Assembly: GCA_020436955.1 (NCBI GenBank) | Contig: JAGQWW010000001.1 | Location: 1-36,647 of the forward strand | Source: Saprospiraceae bacterium | GTDB taxonomy: Bacteria > Bacteroidota > Bacteroidia > Chitinophagales > Saprospiraceae | Direction: 5' to 3' | DNA: 36,647 nt | Shown here: positions 18,005-26,616 of the stretch, in pieces | How positions within the stretch are numbered: position 1 is the stretch's first letter | Layout of the letters: the number at the start of each line of letters is the position of its first letter | Made by a program: the position numbers and the translations under genes | Notes under the pieces: generated by a model | Told to the model about the DNA's origin: nothing | Seen by the model: the letters and a program-made list of their open reading frames with translations, nothing else | Databases searched by the model: none

Positions 18005-18012
18005 TAGTTTTG
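18005..18012 (+). promoter_or_regulatory. Candidate -7 promoter box for the small ORF
   Basis: TAGTTTTG is an exact TAnnTTTG match. A TTG lies about 18 nt upstream (17984-17986). The box ends 33 nt before the ATG at 18046. Confidence 0.3.
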
Positions 18013-18045
18013 CGCACCAGTATAAATTGTGAAAAATAAAGAACA

Positions 18046-18168
18046 ATGTCTGATCACATAGAGAATAGAGGCAAAAAAGGATATTGCATGATGTGGGCCA
18101 TCATCACCTTTTTATTGTTTATCATTTTGGTGGTTGCAGTTTACCAGTACAACGGTAAATTTTTATAA
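18046..18168 (+). CDS. Small (40 aa) single-pass membrane peptide, not in the supplied ORF track
   Basis: Hand translation gives MSDHIENRGKKGYCMMWAIITFLLFIILVVAVYQYNGKFL, a charged N-terminus followed by one hydrophobic helix. It is flanked by a promoter motif and a strong terminator. Confidence 0.4.
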   Translation: MSDHIENRGKKGYCMMWAIITFLLFIILVVAVYQYNGKFL

Positions 18169-18187
18169 AACACCTTTCAAGCATTAA

Positions 18188-18232
18188 CAAAGCGAGGGTT
18201 TTACCATTGGTAGGACCCTCGCTTTGTTATTT
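18188..18232 (+). terminator. Rho-independent terminator after the small ORF
   Basis: Perfect 12-bp stem CAAAGCGAGGGT / ACCCTCGCTTTG, with an inner TACCA/TGGTA extension, followed by TTATTT. Confidence 0.65.
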
Positions 18233-18278
18233 AAAGTTAAATTAAAACTGACTTATCATAACCTGAGGTTGGTTTTTC

Positions 18279-18286
18279 TAATTTTG
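18279..18286 (+). promoter_or_regulatory. Candidate -7 promoter box for the alkaline phosphatase gene
   Basis: TAATTTTG is an exact TAnnTTTG match and ends 3 nt before ATG 18290, which implies a near-leaderless mRNA. Confidence 0.35.
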
Positions 18287-18289
18287 AGG

Positions 18290-19432
18290 ATGAAAAATAT
18301 CGCGTTATTAAGTCTGCTATTGCTTTTACTTGGCTGTAACCCACAGACCGGTAAAGGCCCAACCGGTTTGGATGAAATTCCCACCTATTCAGCATTACCC
18401 AATATGCCTAAAAACGTCATTTTGATGATCGGTGATGGTATGGGGTTAACGCAAATTACTGCGGGGATGATTAAAAACGACAACAAACTGAACCTTGAAA
18501 GGTGTCAATTTACCGGTCTACACAAGAGCTATTCCTATGACAATCTGATTACAGACTCTGCTGCAGGGGCTACTGCATTTGCCTGTGGAATAAAAACCTA
18601 CAATCAGGCTATTGGCGTAGGACCGGATACCTTACCACGAAAAACTATTCTTGAATTGTTAACCCGAGCAGGTTACAAAACCGGTTTGGTAGCTACTTCT
18701 ACCATCGTGCATGCTACGCCGGCGAGTTTTTATGCCCATGTTGCCAATCGTAAGCAATATGAAGACATTGCCACAGCATTAAGCACCTGTAACGTAGATT
18801 ATTTTGTGGGTGGTGGGTTGAAATATTTCAACAGGAGAGAAAATGACGAAAGAGATCTGGTAAAGGAAATGATGGATAATGGGTATCAGATGAGCAACTA
18901 TTTTGAAGCTGATTTTGATAGCGTTGAGCCGGATCCTACAAAAAAATTCGGATACCTGACCGCAGATAATGATCCTCTTATGGCTTCACAAGGGAGAAAC
19001 TACCTGCAACCGGCAACAGAAGAAGCTTTACAATTTTTAAAGGCAAAATCGGCGGACGATGGTTTTTTCCTAATGGTTGAAGGTTCCCAAATAGATTGGG
19101 GTGGACATGGAAATGATGCGAATTACATCGTTACCGAAATGATTGATTTTGACAATACGATTGGGAAAGTTTTGGATTTTGCCCAGGCTGATGGAGAAAC
19201 GTTAGTAGTAATTACTGCTGACCACGAAACAGGTGGGTTTGCCATAAATCCGGGTTCAACAAAAGAAGAAATAATAGCAGCTTTCACAACCAAGAATCAC
19301 ACCGGAACTATGATTCCGGTTTTTGCATATGGCCCTGGTGCCAGCCTGTTTAGTGGAATTTATGAAAATACGGAGATCTACTACAAAATCAGACATGCGC
19401 TGGGTATGCCTGTAATGGAGCCCGGCAGGTAA
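18290..19432 (+). CDS. phoA: Alkaline phosphatase (PhoA family) lipoprotein
   Basis: Lipoprotein signal LLLLLLGC-NPQ. Metal and active-site motifs are IGDGMG, TDSAAGATAF (nucleophilic Ser), DWGGHGND and TADHETGG. The track start at 18224 overlaps the upstream terminator, so ATG 18290 is preferred. Confidence 0.9.
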   Translation: MKNIALLSLLLLLLGCNPQTGKGPTGLDEIPTYSALPNMPKNVILMIGDGMGLTQITAGMIKNDNKLNLERCQFTGLHKSYSYDNLITDSAAGATAFACGIKTYNQAIGVGPDTLPRKTILELLTRAGYKTGLVATSTIVHATPASFYAHVANRKQYEDIATALSTCNVDYFVGGGLKYFNRRENDERDLVKEMMDNGYQMSNYFEADFDSVEPDPTKKFGYLTADNDPLMASQGRNYLQPATEEALQFLKAKSADDGFFLMVEGSQIDWGGHGNDANYIVTEMIDFDNTIGKVLDFAQADGETLVVITADHETGGFAINPGSTKEEIIAAFTTKNHTGTMIPVFAYGPGASLFSGIYENTEIYYKIRHALGMPVMEPGR

Positions 19433-19440
19433 CACTTCAT

Positions 19441-19476
19441 AAACATGTAGGAAGCCTCACAACCTGCTACATGTTT
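19441..19476 (+). terminator. Hairpin after the alkaline phosphatase gene (possible terminator)
   Basis: Perfect 10-bp stem AAACATGTAG / CTACATGTTT with a 16-nt loop. The downstream U-tract is poor. Confidence 0.35.
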
Positions 19477-19546
19477 ATCCTTAATTAAATGTTTTGCCGT
19501 GGCGTATAAAAATGGTAATAACCATTAAAAAATGTTTCTCCCCAGG

Positions 19547-21331
19547 TTATATCGGTCTACATTTTAGCTCCAACCATTCTGCTTCTTCCGGTAGCAACAT
19601 TGGACTCAACCTTTCCAGTACTTCTTTATGATAGGCATTTAACCAATCGATTTCTTCTCCTGATAACCATTTTTTATCAATCAGTGTAGTGTCTATAGGG
19701 AATAGGGTAACCGTTTCGAATTGATAAAACTCGCCAAATTCCGTTTCAAAAGCCGGAACACATAATACCAGATTTTCAATTCGGATTCCATATTTGCCTT
19801 CCCTGTAAAGTCCTGGTTCGTTTGAAGTCAAGGTCCCTATTTCAACAGGCATAGTTGTTCGTGGAGAAATTGTCGGAGAGAAACTCTGAGGTCCTTCATG
19901 AACGTTTAAAAAGGCTCCTACACCATGACCGGTGCCGTGACCATAATTTCTTGCATGTCGCCACAGGTGTTGTCTTGCCATTGCATCAAACTGTGCACCA
20001 TAGGTTCCTTTAGGGAATTTTGCCATACTGATAGCTAGATTTCCTTTCAAAACCATTGTATAATCCTTCTGCTGCTGTTCAGTTGGTGTACTGAGTGCAA
20101 TAGTGCGTGTAATATCAGTAGTTCCGTTTAGGTATTGTCCTCCACTATCAATCAATAAAATACCTTCACTTTTTATATCAGCACACGTATCCGGCTCGGC
20201 ATGGTAGTGAACGATGGCTCCATTGCTTTTATAACCAACAATCGCATCGAAACTTTCTCCAAAATAGTCTCCCATGGCCTTCCTGCATTCTTTCAACTTC
20301 ATGGCTACTTCAGTTTCCGGAATAGAACGTTGTGGAAGTGTATGCTCTAGCCACCTGAAAAACCTAACCAGTGCAACACCATCTTTTTCCATTACTAATC
20401 GAATATTATCAGCTTCAACCTGATTCTTAATAGCCTTAGCAGGGGCAATCAGATTTTGTCCGTCAATACGATTTTCATCATTGATACAATTGTAGAGGTA
20501 CACATTGCAGGTTGACTTGTCTACCATCACCTTGTTAGTTGCTGAATATTCCTTTAGGTAAGTATCAACAGCATCATAAGGTTGAATTTCAATACCGGCA
20601 TTTTGCAAGGTAGTTGACAGGCCTTCCGGAATCTTGGATGGATTGATAAATAAAACAGTGTTGTCATCCTGTACTAAAACATATGCAATGAAAACAGGAT
20701 TACAGTCTACGTCTTCACCACGAAGATTTAACAACCAGGCAATTTCATCTAAAACTGAAACAAAATATGCTGATGCTTTTTGGTCGTTCATCTGGGATCT
20801 TATCGCACTCAATTTAGCTTCCCGACTGATTCCAGCAAATTTTAAAGCATGGTCAAAAATAAAATGGTGGGGCAAAGAAGGTCTGTCTGTCCAAACCTGG
20901 CTTACTAAATCATGATCTTGATTTAGGACAAAGTTCTTTCCCGAAAATGATTTAGCCATACTTCGGACCTGACCCACTGAAAACATCCATCCATCATAAC
21001 CAATTGTTGCGCCATTTGGTAATGTATCACAAATCCAGGTCAGGTATTCAGGGGTATGGGGTATTTTTAATTTATGTAGCACCATAGCAGAAGATTTCAA
21101 TTGCTCTTCTGCTTGTATAAAATATCTCGAATCGGTCCATAAACCGGCATGATCAGCAGTAATCACTACCACCCCGGCCGAACCGGTAAAACCGGAAATC
21201 CATTCCCTGCTTTTCCAATGGTCCGCAACATATTCACTTAAATGGGGATCGCTGCTTGGAATGATATAGGCATCTAATCCGGCGTTTAACATGGCTTGAC
21301 GTAACGCTATTATCCTTTCATCAATAGTCAT
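19547..21331 (-). CDS. Aminopeptidase P family (M24B Xaa-Pro aminopeptidase) with N-terminal creatinase-like domains
   Basis: 594 aa. M24 metal-ligand context: DSGGQY ... DITRT ... GHGTGHGVG ... SNEPG ... GIRIEN. Confidence 0.88.
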   Translation of the reverse strand: MTIDERIIALRQAMLNAGLDAYIIPSSDPHLSEYVADHWKSREWISGFTGSAGVVVITADHAGLWTDSRYFIQAEEQLKSSAMVLHKLKIPHTPEYLTWICDTLPNGATIGYDGWMFSVGQVRSMAKSFSGKNFVLNQDHDLVSQVWTDRPSLPHHFIFDHALKFAGISREAKLSAIRSQMNDQKASAYFVSVLDEIAWLLNLRGEDVDCNPVFIAYVLVQDDNTVLFINPSKIPEGLSTTLQNAGIEIQPYDAVDTYLKEYSATNKVMVDKSTCNVYLYNCINDENRIDGQNLIAPAKAIKNQVEADNIRLVMEKDGVALVRFFRWLEHTLPQRSIPETEVAMKLKECRKAMGDYFGESFDAIVGYKSNGAIVHYHAEPDTCADIKSEGILLIDSGGQYLNGTTDITRTIALSTPTEQQQKDYTMVLKGNLAISMAKFPKGTYGAQFDAMARQHLWRHARNYGHGTGHGVGAFLNVHEGPQSFSPTISPRTTMPVEIGTLTSNEPGLYREGKYGIRIENLVLCVPAFETEFGEFYQFETVTLFPIDTTLIDKKWLSGEEIDWLNAYHKEVLERLSPMLLPEEAEWLELKCRPI

Positions 21332-21571
21332 AAAAACAACTTTTTCTTATTTGGAAAAGGGGAAATAATAAAGTGTAAAGTAAATAAAAAGGCTGCAAAA
21401 GGCTATTAAGCTTAACATTTTATACAAGTTTCAATATTATTTGAAAGCTTTAAAACATTTTTGATGTATTAACATCATTTTATTTTATTGATTTCCAGTA
21501 ATTTATACTACTTAATGTAAAATACAATGCTAAACGAATAAAAAGTACTATGATTTTTGTTTAGGATTTTA

Positions 21572-21579
21572 TACCTTTG
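21572..21579 (+). promoter_or_regulatory. Candidate -7 promoter box for the sigma factor gene
   Basis: TACCTTTG is an exact TAnnTTTG match and ends 41 nt before ATG 21621. Confidence 0.3.
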
Positions 21580-21620
21580 GTTAAACAATTTTCGAAAACT
21601 TCACCAAAATAATATTTGTT

Positions 21621-22148
21621 ATGTCTACCATTGAGTTTCATAGTCGTTTTGAGGAATACTCAGGTATTCTACAAGCATTTGCATATAACCTAACTAAAGA
21701 TTTCGAAGAGTCGAGAGACCTTTTCCAGGAAACCGCCTTCCGGGCTTTGAAAAACCGTGACAAGTTTTCTCCGGGTACCAATTTTAAAGCATGGCTATTT
21801 ACTATTATGAAGAATATCTTCATCAATAATTACAGAAGAAAAGTAAAAGCCAACACCATCATAGATACAACCGACAATCAATACTATCTAAACTCCGGCA
21901 GCAAGACCGTTCATAATATGGCTGAGTCTACTATTATGACCAAGGAGTTGAATAAAATGATAGAAAGATTGGATGACAGCATTAAAATTCCTTTCCTGCG
22001 CCATTTCGAAGGATTTAAGTATCAAGAGATTGCTGATGAAATGGGTCTGCCTTTGGGTACGGTAAAGAGTAGAATCTTCTTTGCCAGAAAGGAACTAAAA
22101 GATATGATTTTCAAAAAATATGGCATGACTGCCAATATCAAAGACTAG
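21621..22148 (+). CDS. RNA polymerase sigma-70 family (ECF-type) sigma factor
   Basis: Region 2: LFQETAFRALKNRDKF ... FKAWLFTIMKNIFINNYRR. Region 4 helix-turn-helix: YQEIADEMGLPLGTVKSRIFFARKELK. Confidence 0.85.
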   Translation: MSTIEFHSRFEEYSGILQAFAYNLTKDFEESRDLFQETAFRALKNRDKFSPGTNFKAWLFTIMKNIFINNYRRKVKANTIIDTTDNQYYLNSGSKTVHNMAESTIMTKELNKMIERLDDSIKIPFLRHFEGFKYQEIADEMGLPLGTVKSRIFFARKELKDMIFKKYGMTANIKD

Positions 22149-22174
22149 ATAAATTGACATAAGTCCGCTTTTTC

Positions 22175-22207
22175 ATGGCTGCCCCCTCAGAGGCAGCCAT
22201 TTTTTTT
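22175..22207 (+). terminator. Rho-independent terminator after the sigma factor gene
   Basis: Perfect 9-bp stem ATGGCTGCC / GGCAGCCAT, loop CCCTCAGA, then a T7 run that abuts the stop of the convergent gene. Confidence 0.75.
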
Positions 22208-23762
22208 ATCCAGCCCATCCATCTCTATCCAGGCTTCTATATTGAATAGCTTCTGCTAAATGTTCAATTTTAATCTCATCGCTACCTGCCAAATCTGCAG
22301 CAGTCCTGGCGACCTTTAAAATGCGGTCATATGCTCTGGCAGAAAGTTGCAAGCGCTCCATGGCAGTTTTCAGCAATGTTAAGCCTGGTTTATTCAACTT
22401 ACAGACCTCCTGGACCATTCTACCCGGCATTTGGGCATTTGAGTAAATACTTGGAACCTCTTTGAATCGCGCTGCTTGAATTTCTCTGGCCTGTATAACC
22501 CGCTCCACTATATCCTTACTTGTTTCAGATGGTCTTACCGTACTGGAAAGTTCATCATAGCTTACAGGTGTAACTTCGACGTGTAGGTCAATCCGGTCCA
22601 ATAATGGTCCGGAAATTTTATTCAGGTATCGCTTAACGACCCCGGGACCACAAACGCACTCCTTATCCGGGTGATTATAAAATCCACATGGGCAAGGATT
22701 CATAGATGCAATGAGCATAAAACTAGCCGGATAATCTACACTTACTTTTGCTCTTGAAATATTTACTTTTCGCTCTTCCATGGGTTGCCGCATTACCTCC
22801 AAAACACTTCGTTGAAATTCGGGTAATTCATCCAAAAAAAGTACACCGTTATGGGCCAATGAAATCTCTCCCGGTAAGGGATTGGAGCCCCCTCCAACTA
22901 GTGCAACATCACTTATTGTGTGATGAGGTGAACGAAAAGGTCGAATGGTCACCAATCCACTATCTGAAGGCAACACTCCTGCAACAGAATGTATCTTAGT
23001 GGTTTCAAGGGCTTCCTGTAAGGAAAGCGGTGGTAAAATTGTGGGTAACCGTCTTGCGAGCATTGTTTTCCCCGCACCTGGAGGTCCAATTAAAATGGCA
23101 TTATGACCACCGGCAGCAGCCAACTCCAAGGCACGTTTAATATTTTCCTGTCCTTTTACATCTGAAAAGTCTACATCATAGTTGCTCTGCAAATCATAAA
23201 AAACCTGCCGAGTATCAAATTCAATTGGTTGGTGTTCACCTTGACCTTGAACTATTTCAATGGCCTCTTTAAGATTTTCGACCCCAAACACAGCAATGTC
23301 ATTTACAATAGCTGCTTCTTTTCCATTTTGTTTGGGCACAATCAATCCTTTAAATCCCTCCTTCCGGGCCTGGATCGCAATAGGCAGAGCACCTTTCACA
23401 GGTCGAAGGGACCCGTCCAGGGCTAATTCGCCCATCAGGATAAATTCGGATAATCGTTCCGGATTTACCTGGTCAGTAGCAGCAAGAACTCCAATGGCGA
23501 TAGGCAAATCATAGGCAGAGCCTTCTTTGCGCAGATTGGCCGGAGCCATATTTACCACAATTTTAGTTCGGGGAAAATGCTTTCCAATGTGCTTTACGGC
23601 TGCTTCAATTCGCTGAAAGCCTTCCTTGACTGCATTATCAGGAAGACCAACTACATTATAGAAATTTTTATTGGCAACAGGCTGTCCTCCTGAACTTACT
23701 TCGATTGTTATTCGACGGGCATCTACGCCATGAACAGCACTGGCAAAAGTCTTAACCAACAT
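22206..23762 (-). CDS. comM: YifB/ComM family Mg-chelatase-like AAA+ ATPase
   Basis: 518 aa. N-terminal Lon-protease-like domain (GLPDNAVKE ... AYDLPIAIG). Walker A GPPGAGKT. Walker B GVLFLDELPEF. Cys cluster CPCGFYNHPDKECVC. C-terminal ARAYDRILKVARTAADL. Confidence 0.9.
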   Translation of the reverse strand: MLVKTFASAVHGVDARRITIEVSSGGQPVANKNFYNVVGLPDNAVKEGFQRIEAAVKHIGKHFPRTKIVVNMAPANLRKEGSAYDLPIAIGVLAATDQVNPERLSEFILMGELALDGSLRPVKGALPIAIQARKEGFKGLIVPKQNGKEAAIVNDIAVFGVENLKEAIEIVQGQGEHQPIEFDTRQVFYDLQSNYDVDFSDVKGQENIKRALELAAAGGHNAILIGPPGAGKTMLARRLPTILPPLSLQEALETTKIHSVAGVLPSDSGLVTIRPFRSPHHTISDVALVGGGSNPLPGEISLAHNGVLFLDELPEFQRSVLEVMRQPMEERKVNISRAKVSVDYPASFMLIASMNPCPCGFYNHPDKECVCGPGVVKRYLNKISGPLLDRIDLHVEVTPVSYDELSSTVRPSETSKDIVERVIQAREIQAARFKEVPSIYSNAQMPGRMVQEVCKLNKPGLTLLKTAMERLQLSARAYDRILKVARTAADLAGSDEIKIEHLAEAIQYRSLDRDGWAG

Positions 23763-23882
23763 AAATCGTCTGCTTTGTGGTGAAAATAATGGAATGGTGA
23801 CAAAGCTGCCGCCATTTCCTGTGAATTTTAGTTTTCTTTGATTGACGCCATGATTGGTCGAAATAACAAAAATTTACCCGCA

Positions 23883-24401
23883 ATGAGAACCTTCCTATTC
23901 ATTAGTGCACTATTGAGCCACTTTTTACTTTTTGCGCAAAATCAAAGTCCCTGTTCTTGCTGTACAGTAGAGCATTCACAATTTGATTTTTGGATTGGCA
24001 ATTGGGAAGTAACTGATACCACCGGAACAGTAGTAGGCCATAATACCATTGTAAAAGAGCAAGACAATTGTTTATTGAAAGAGTCCTGGACCAGTACAAA
24101 AAGTAAATTCACAGGCACCAGTTATAATTATTATGATTCAACAAACAAAAAATGGCACCAGGTGTGGATTGACAATGCGGGTAGTCAATTAAATCTGTCA
24201 GGTGGCCTGGTGGATAACCGAATGGTTTTAATAAGCGAACCTTTTAAAGATCAATCAGGACAAGAAAAACAGCACCAAATTAGTTGGACACCTTATAATG
24301 ATGGAACGGTTCGGCAAGAATGGGTGGTTATTAATTTAGCAAATGATTCAAGTAGTACCTTATTTAATGGGCTTTATAGGAAGGTGAAGAGAGACGAGTA
24401 A
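23883..24401 (+). CDS. Secreted hypothetical protein (DUF1579-like beta-barrel suspected)
   Basis: Signal peptide MRTFLFISALLSHFLLFA-QN. FDFWIGNWEV ... W ... KKWHQVWIDNAGSQLNLSGG is a recurring uncharacterised-family pattern. The 3' end overlaps the convergent gene by 38 nt. Confidence 0.55.
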   Translation: MRTFLFISALLSHFLLFAQNQSPCSCCTVEHSQFDFWIGNWEVTDTTGTVVGHNTIVKEQDNCLLKESWTSTKSKFTGTSYNYYDSTNKKWHQVWIDNAGSQLNLSGGLVDNRMVLISEPFKDQSGQEKQHQISWTPYNDGTVRQEWVVINLANDSSSTLFNGLYRKVKRDE

Positions 24402-25581
24402 AAATTATCAATATTCCAATTGGAATAAAGGCAGAAATTCCAAATATAATCTCATAGTAATATGGCATAAAACCCAATGATAGCCAAAGCATGGACCCCT
24501 GCGAAAACAATAATAATTCAGAGCCAAGAATACCCGCCAAGAAAATCCAAAGTCCTATGCTGGAAATGGTATCTAAAATGATGTTTTTGAAAAGACTAGC
24601 AAAGAATAATATAAATGTCGACGCCAAGCCTAACAGGATTAGGTGTAAAAACCCGATAACAAAATTTCGGATTGTGTAAGCAATTTCTGCTATTGCCGGG
24701 AGGATTAGTATAGACTGAACCAATATTTTTAACACAAAAGATGCAATTGCGATTTTTAGCAATAAGGATGTAAAACCTTTAAAAGAAACCTTTAGAACTC
24801 CCGCGTTGATTTTCAACCATAATAGGAAATAATATAAGGCAAACAACTGGATTATAACCCCGAAACTATTAATGTAAAATAAGACCGGCAATGGGGTTGA
24901 CCAAGTAACTGCCAATACATAAGTTAACATTGTTCCTCCAACCAAAAATCCATAAAAGGCTTTTATTGGTTTGGTATTTAAATCTACTTTATGCTCCAAA
25001 TACCAAAACAGTAAACCTAAAAGACTAAAAATAAACCACCCATTAAACTGAAAATGAAGGAAAAACTGGATAAGTGCATAATACAAAGCTGACCCTTTAA
25101 ATCCGGCAATTATAACAGGTATAAGGGTCCAAATTGCTAAGGTTGATAGGATCATAAAAACCATGGAAGTCTTAATAAATAAACCTGCACATGATTTTTT
25201 CACCTTTGAAAAATCCTTCCAAAATCCAACCACAAAAAAGTAGGAACAAATAATATGTAGGGTTGAAAAAACAATCGAAATGGTGGTATATCCAAAAATG
25301 GGAAATGAAATCAACATCCCAATTACCGAAGCCTGTGTTACCCAAAAAAGCTTCGAATAGAATCGCTTTCTCTCTTCAGTAGGATTCAATACCATGGAAA
25401 CCAAAAAACCAAAAATCGCCATATAAATCCAACCTAACATTGCAACATGGGAATGTCCATGCATGATATTTCTATAATCCAACCATGCTAATTCCTCTAC
25501 AAATGCAAACCTCATAAGCAAACCAAGACATGCAGCAAAGAGAAAATTGAGCACTGCAACCTTGAACCATGATTTTGGCAT
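24364..25581 (-). CDS. Polytopic (about 12 TM) His-rich membrane protein, possibly NnrS-like
   Basis: 405 aa and almost entirely hydrophobic helices. The TM2 motif HGHSHVAMLGWIYMAIFGFLVSMV resembles the NnrS pattern WHxHEMLFGF...I.GFLLTAV. Further intramembrane His residues occur in STLHIICS, FFLHFQFNGW and GFLHLILLG. It is the last gene of the Rrf2-cytochrome c unit. The function call is tentative. Confidence 0.6.
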   Translation of the reverse strand: MPKSWFKVAVLNFLFAACLGLLMRFAFVEELAWLDYRNIMHGHSHVAMLGWIYMAIFGFLVSMVLNPTEERKRFYSKLFWVTQASVIGMLISFPIFGYTTISIVFSTLHIICSYFFVVGFWKDFSKVKKSCAGLFIKTSMVFMILSTLAIWTLIPVIIAGFKGSALYYALIQFFLHFQFNGWFIFSLLGLLFWYLEHKVDLNTKPIKAFYGFLVGGTMLTYVLAVTWSTPLPVLFYINSFGVIIQLFALYYFLLWLKINAGVLKVSFKGFTSLLLKIAIASFVLKILVQSILILPAIAEIAYTIRNFVIGFLHLILLGLASTFILFFASLFKNIILDTISSIGLWIFLAGILGSELLLFSQGSMLWLSLGFMPYYYEIIFGISAFIPIGILIIFTRLSSPSYKAH

Positions 25582-25647
25582 CTTTATTTGTTTTAAATTG
25601 GACAGACCTGAAAATCAAATCTGCCCAATCATCAATCAAAATAAAAT

Positions 25648-26133
25648 TTACTTTTCAGAAGCCTTAATACTACTATCGTTTTCGAACATAAACTCAAGCA
25701 CATCACGAGCATCACCTATAGTCAGGTTTTGATTAGGCATTCTAACAAGGCACTCCTTAAGCATTTCCTGTGCTGCAGGGTCTTCCTCTAGCATAACTTC
25801 TACATTGGTGGCCATATTCATAATCCATTCGGGTTTTCTACGCTCAGTAATACCTTCCCAGCCTGGACCTACGACCCTTTGACTTGTTAGCTTATGACAT
25901 GAGGCACATTTCATTTCATAAATAGCTTTACCCTTTTGGGACATTTGAGGATCCAGAGGATCATTTAGCGTAACATTCTTAACCTCACCAATTCCTTTTC
26001 CATCGTCGACTGGTCTGTCTGGAACCATACTTTTAGGTTTGGAGTTTCCAGAAGAAGTTGTTTGAGGGCTATCTGAACTTCCACATGCGGTTAAGGAAAA
26101 AGCTACGACAATTAGAATTATTATCTTTTTCAT
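25648..26133 (-). CDS. Monohaem c-type cytochrome, lipoprotein
   Basis: Lipoprotein signal MKKIIILIVVAFSLTAC-GSS from ATG 26133. There is a Ser/Pro-rich linker, a single CXXCH motif (CASCH) and a distal Met candidate (LVRMPNQ). Confidence 0.85.
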   Translation of the reverse strand: MKKIIILIVVAFSLTACGSSDSPQTTSSGNSKPKSMVPDRPVDDGKGIGEVKNVTLNDPLDPQMSQKGKAIYEMKCASCHKLTSQRVVGPGWEGITERRKPEWIMNMATNVEVMLEEDPAAQEMLKECLVRMPNQNLTIGDARDVLEFMFENDSSIKASEK

Positions 26134-26172
26134 GACTAATGATTTTATTTTTTGAAATGTAAATAGCAATAT

Positions 26173-26598
26173 TCAGAACCTTTTCTCTGAGTTTTCATAT
26201 TCACCTGCCAACTGCGATATTTTTTGATGCCTTAACTGGTAATACATTCCCTCACGAAAAGGATAAACCTTTTCATGCAAAGGACAAGGGTTTTGATCAG
26301 AACAAAATGGTAGTCCTAATACACATTCCGTAAACAATGATTTACCATCGATACAAGTAATAATGTCGTCGACAGTCTTCTCCATATTTTCTTTTTCAAT
26401 ATAAAACCCGCCATACGGCCCTTTTACAGATGTCACTAAATCATCTCGAACCATTTTTTGAAGAATTTTTGCTAAAAATGATTTAGGAACTTTTAAAGTA
26501 TCTGCAATTTCTTTTACTCCTGTTTTATGACCTGCATTTGTCCTAACTGCCAGATAGATCATTGCTCTAATTCCATACTTACAAGCTTTTGAAAACAT
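26173..26598 (-). CDS. Rrf2 family transcriptional regulator with Fe-S cluster Cys triad (NsrR/IscR-like)
   Basis: N-terminal wHTH MFSKACKYGIRAMIYLA ... VKEIADTLKVPKSFLAKILQKM. Cys triad C-x6-C-x5-C in ECVLGLPFCSDQNPCPLH. The track start at 26619 is a TTG, so ATG 26598 is preferred. Confidence 0.9.
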   Translation of the reverse strand: MFSKACKYGIRAMIYLAVRTNAGHKTGVKEIADTLKVPKSFLAKILQKMVRDDLVTSVKGPYGGFYIEKENMEKTVDDIITCIDGKSLFTECVLGLPFCSDQNPCPLHEKVYPFREGMYYQLRHQKISQLAGEYENSEKRF

Positions 26599-26616
26599 AC
26601 CAGATTTTTTATTAGA

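Noticed and set aside
22206-23762. AAA+ ATPase as part of a defence or phage system
   Set aside because: The full-length architecture matches the widespread housekeeping YifB/ComM family: Lon-like N-domain, Mg-chelatase AAA+ domain and a C-terminal helical domain. No partner nuclease or other defence genes are adjacent.
24364-25581. 12-TM protein as a haem-copper oxidase or NorB-type nitric oxide reductase
   Set aside because: At 405 aa it is too short, and it lacks the diagnostic HH pair in helix VII and the helix VI His/Glu pattern. The His spacing fits NnrS-like proteins better, but that too is unverified.
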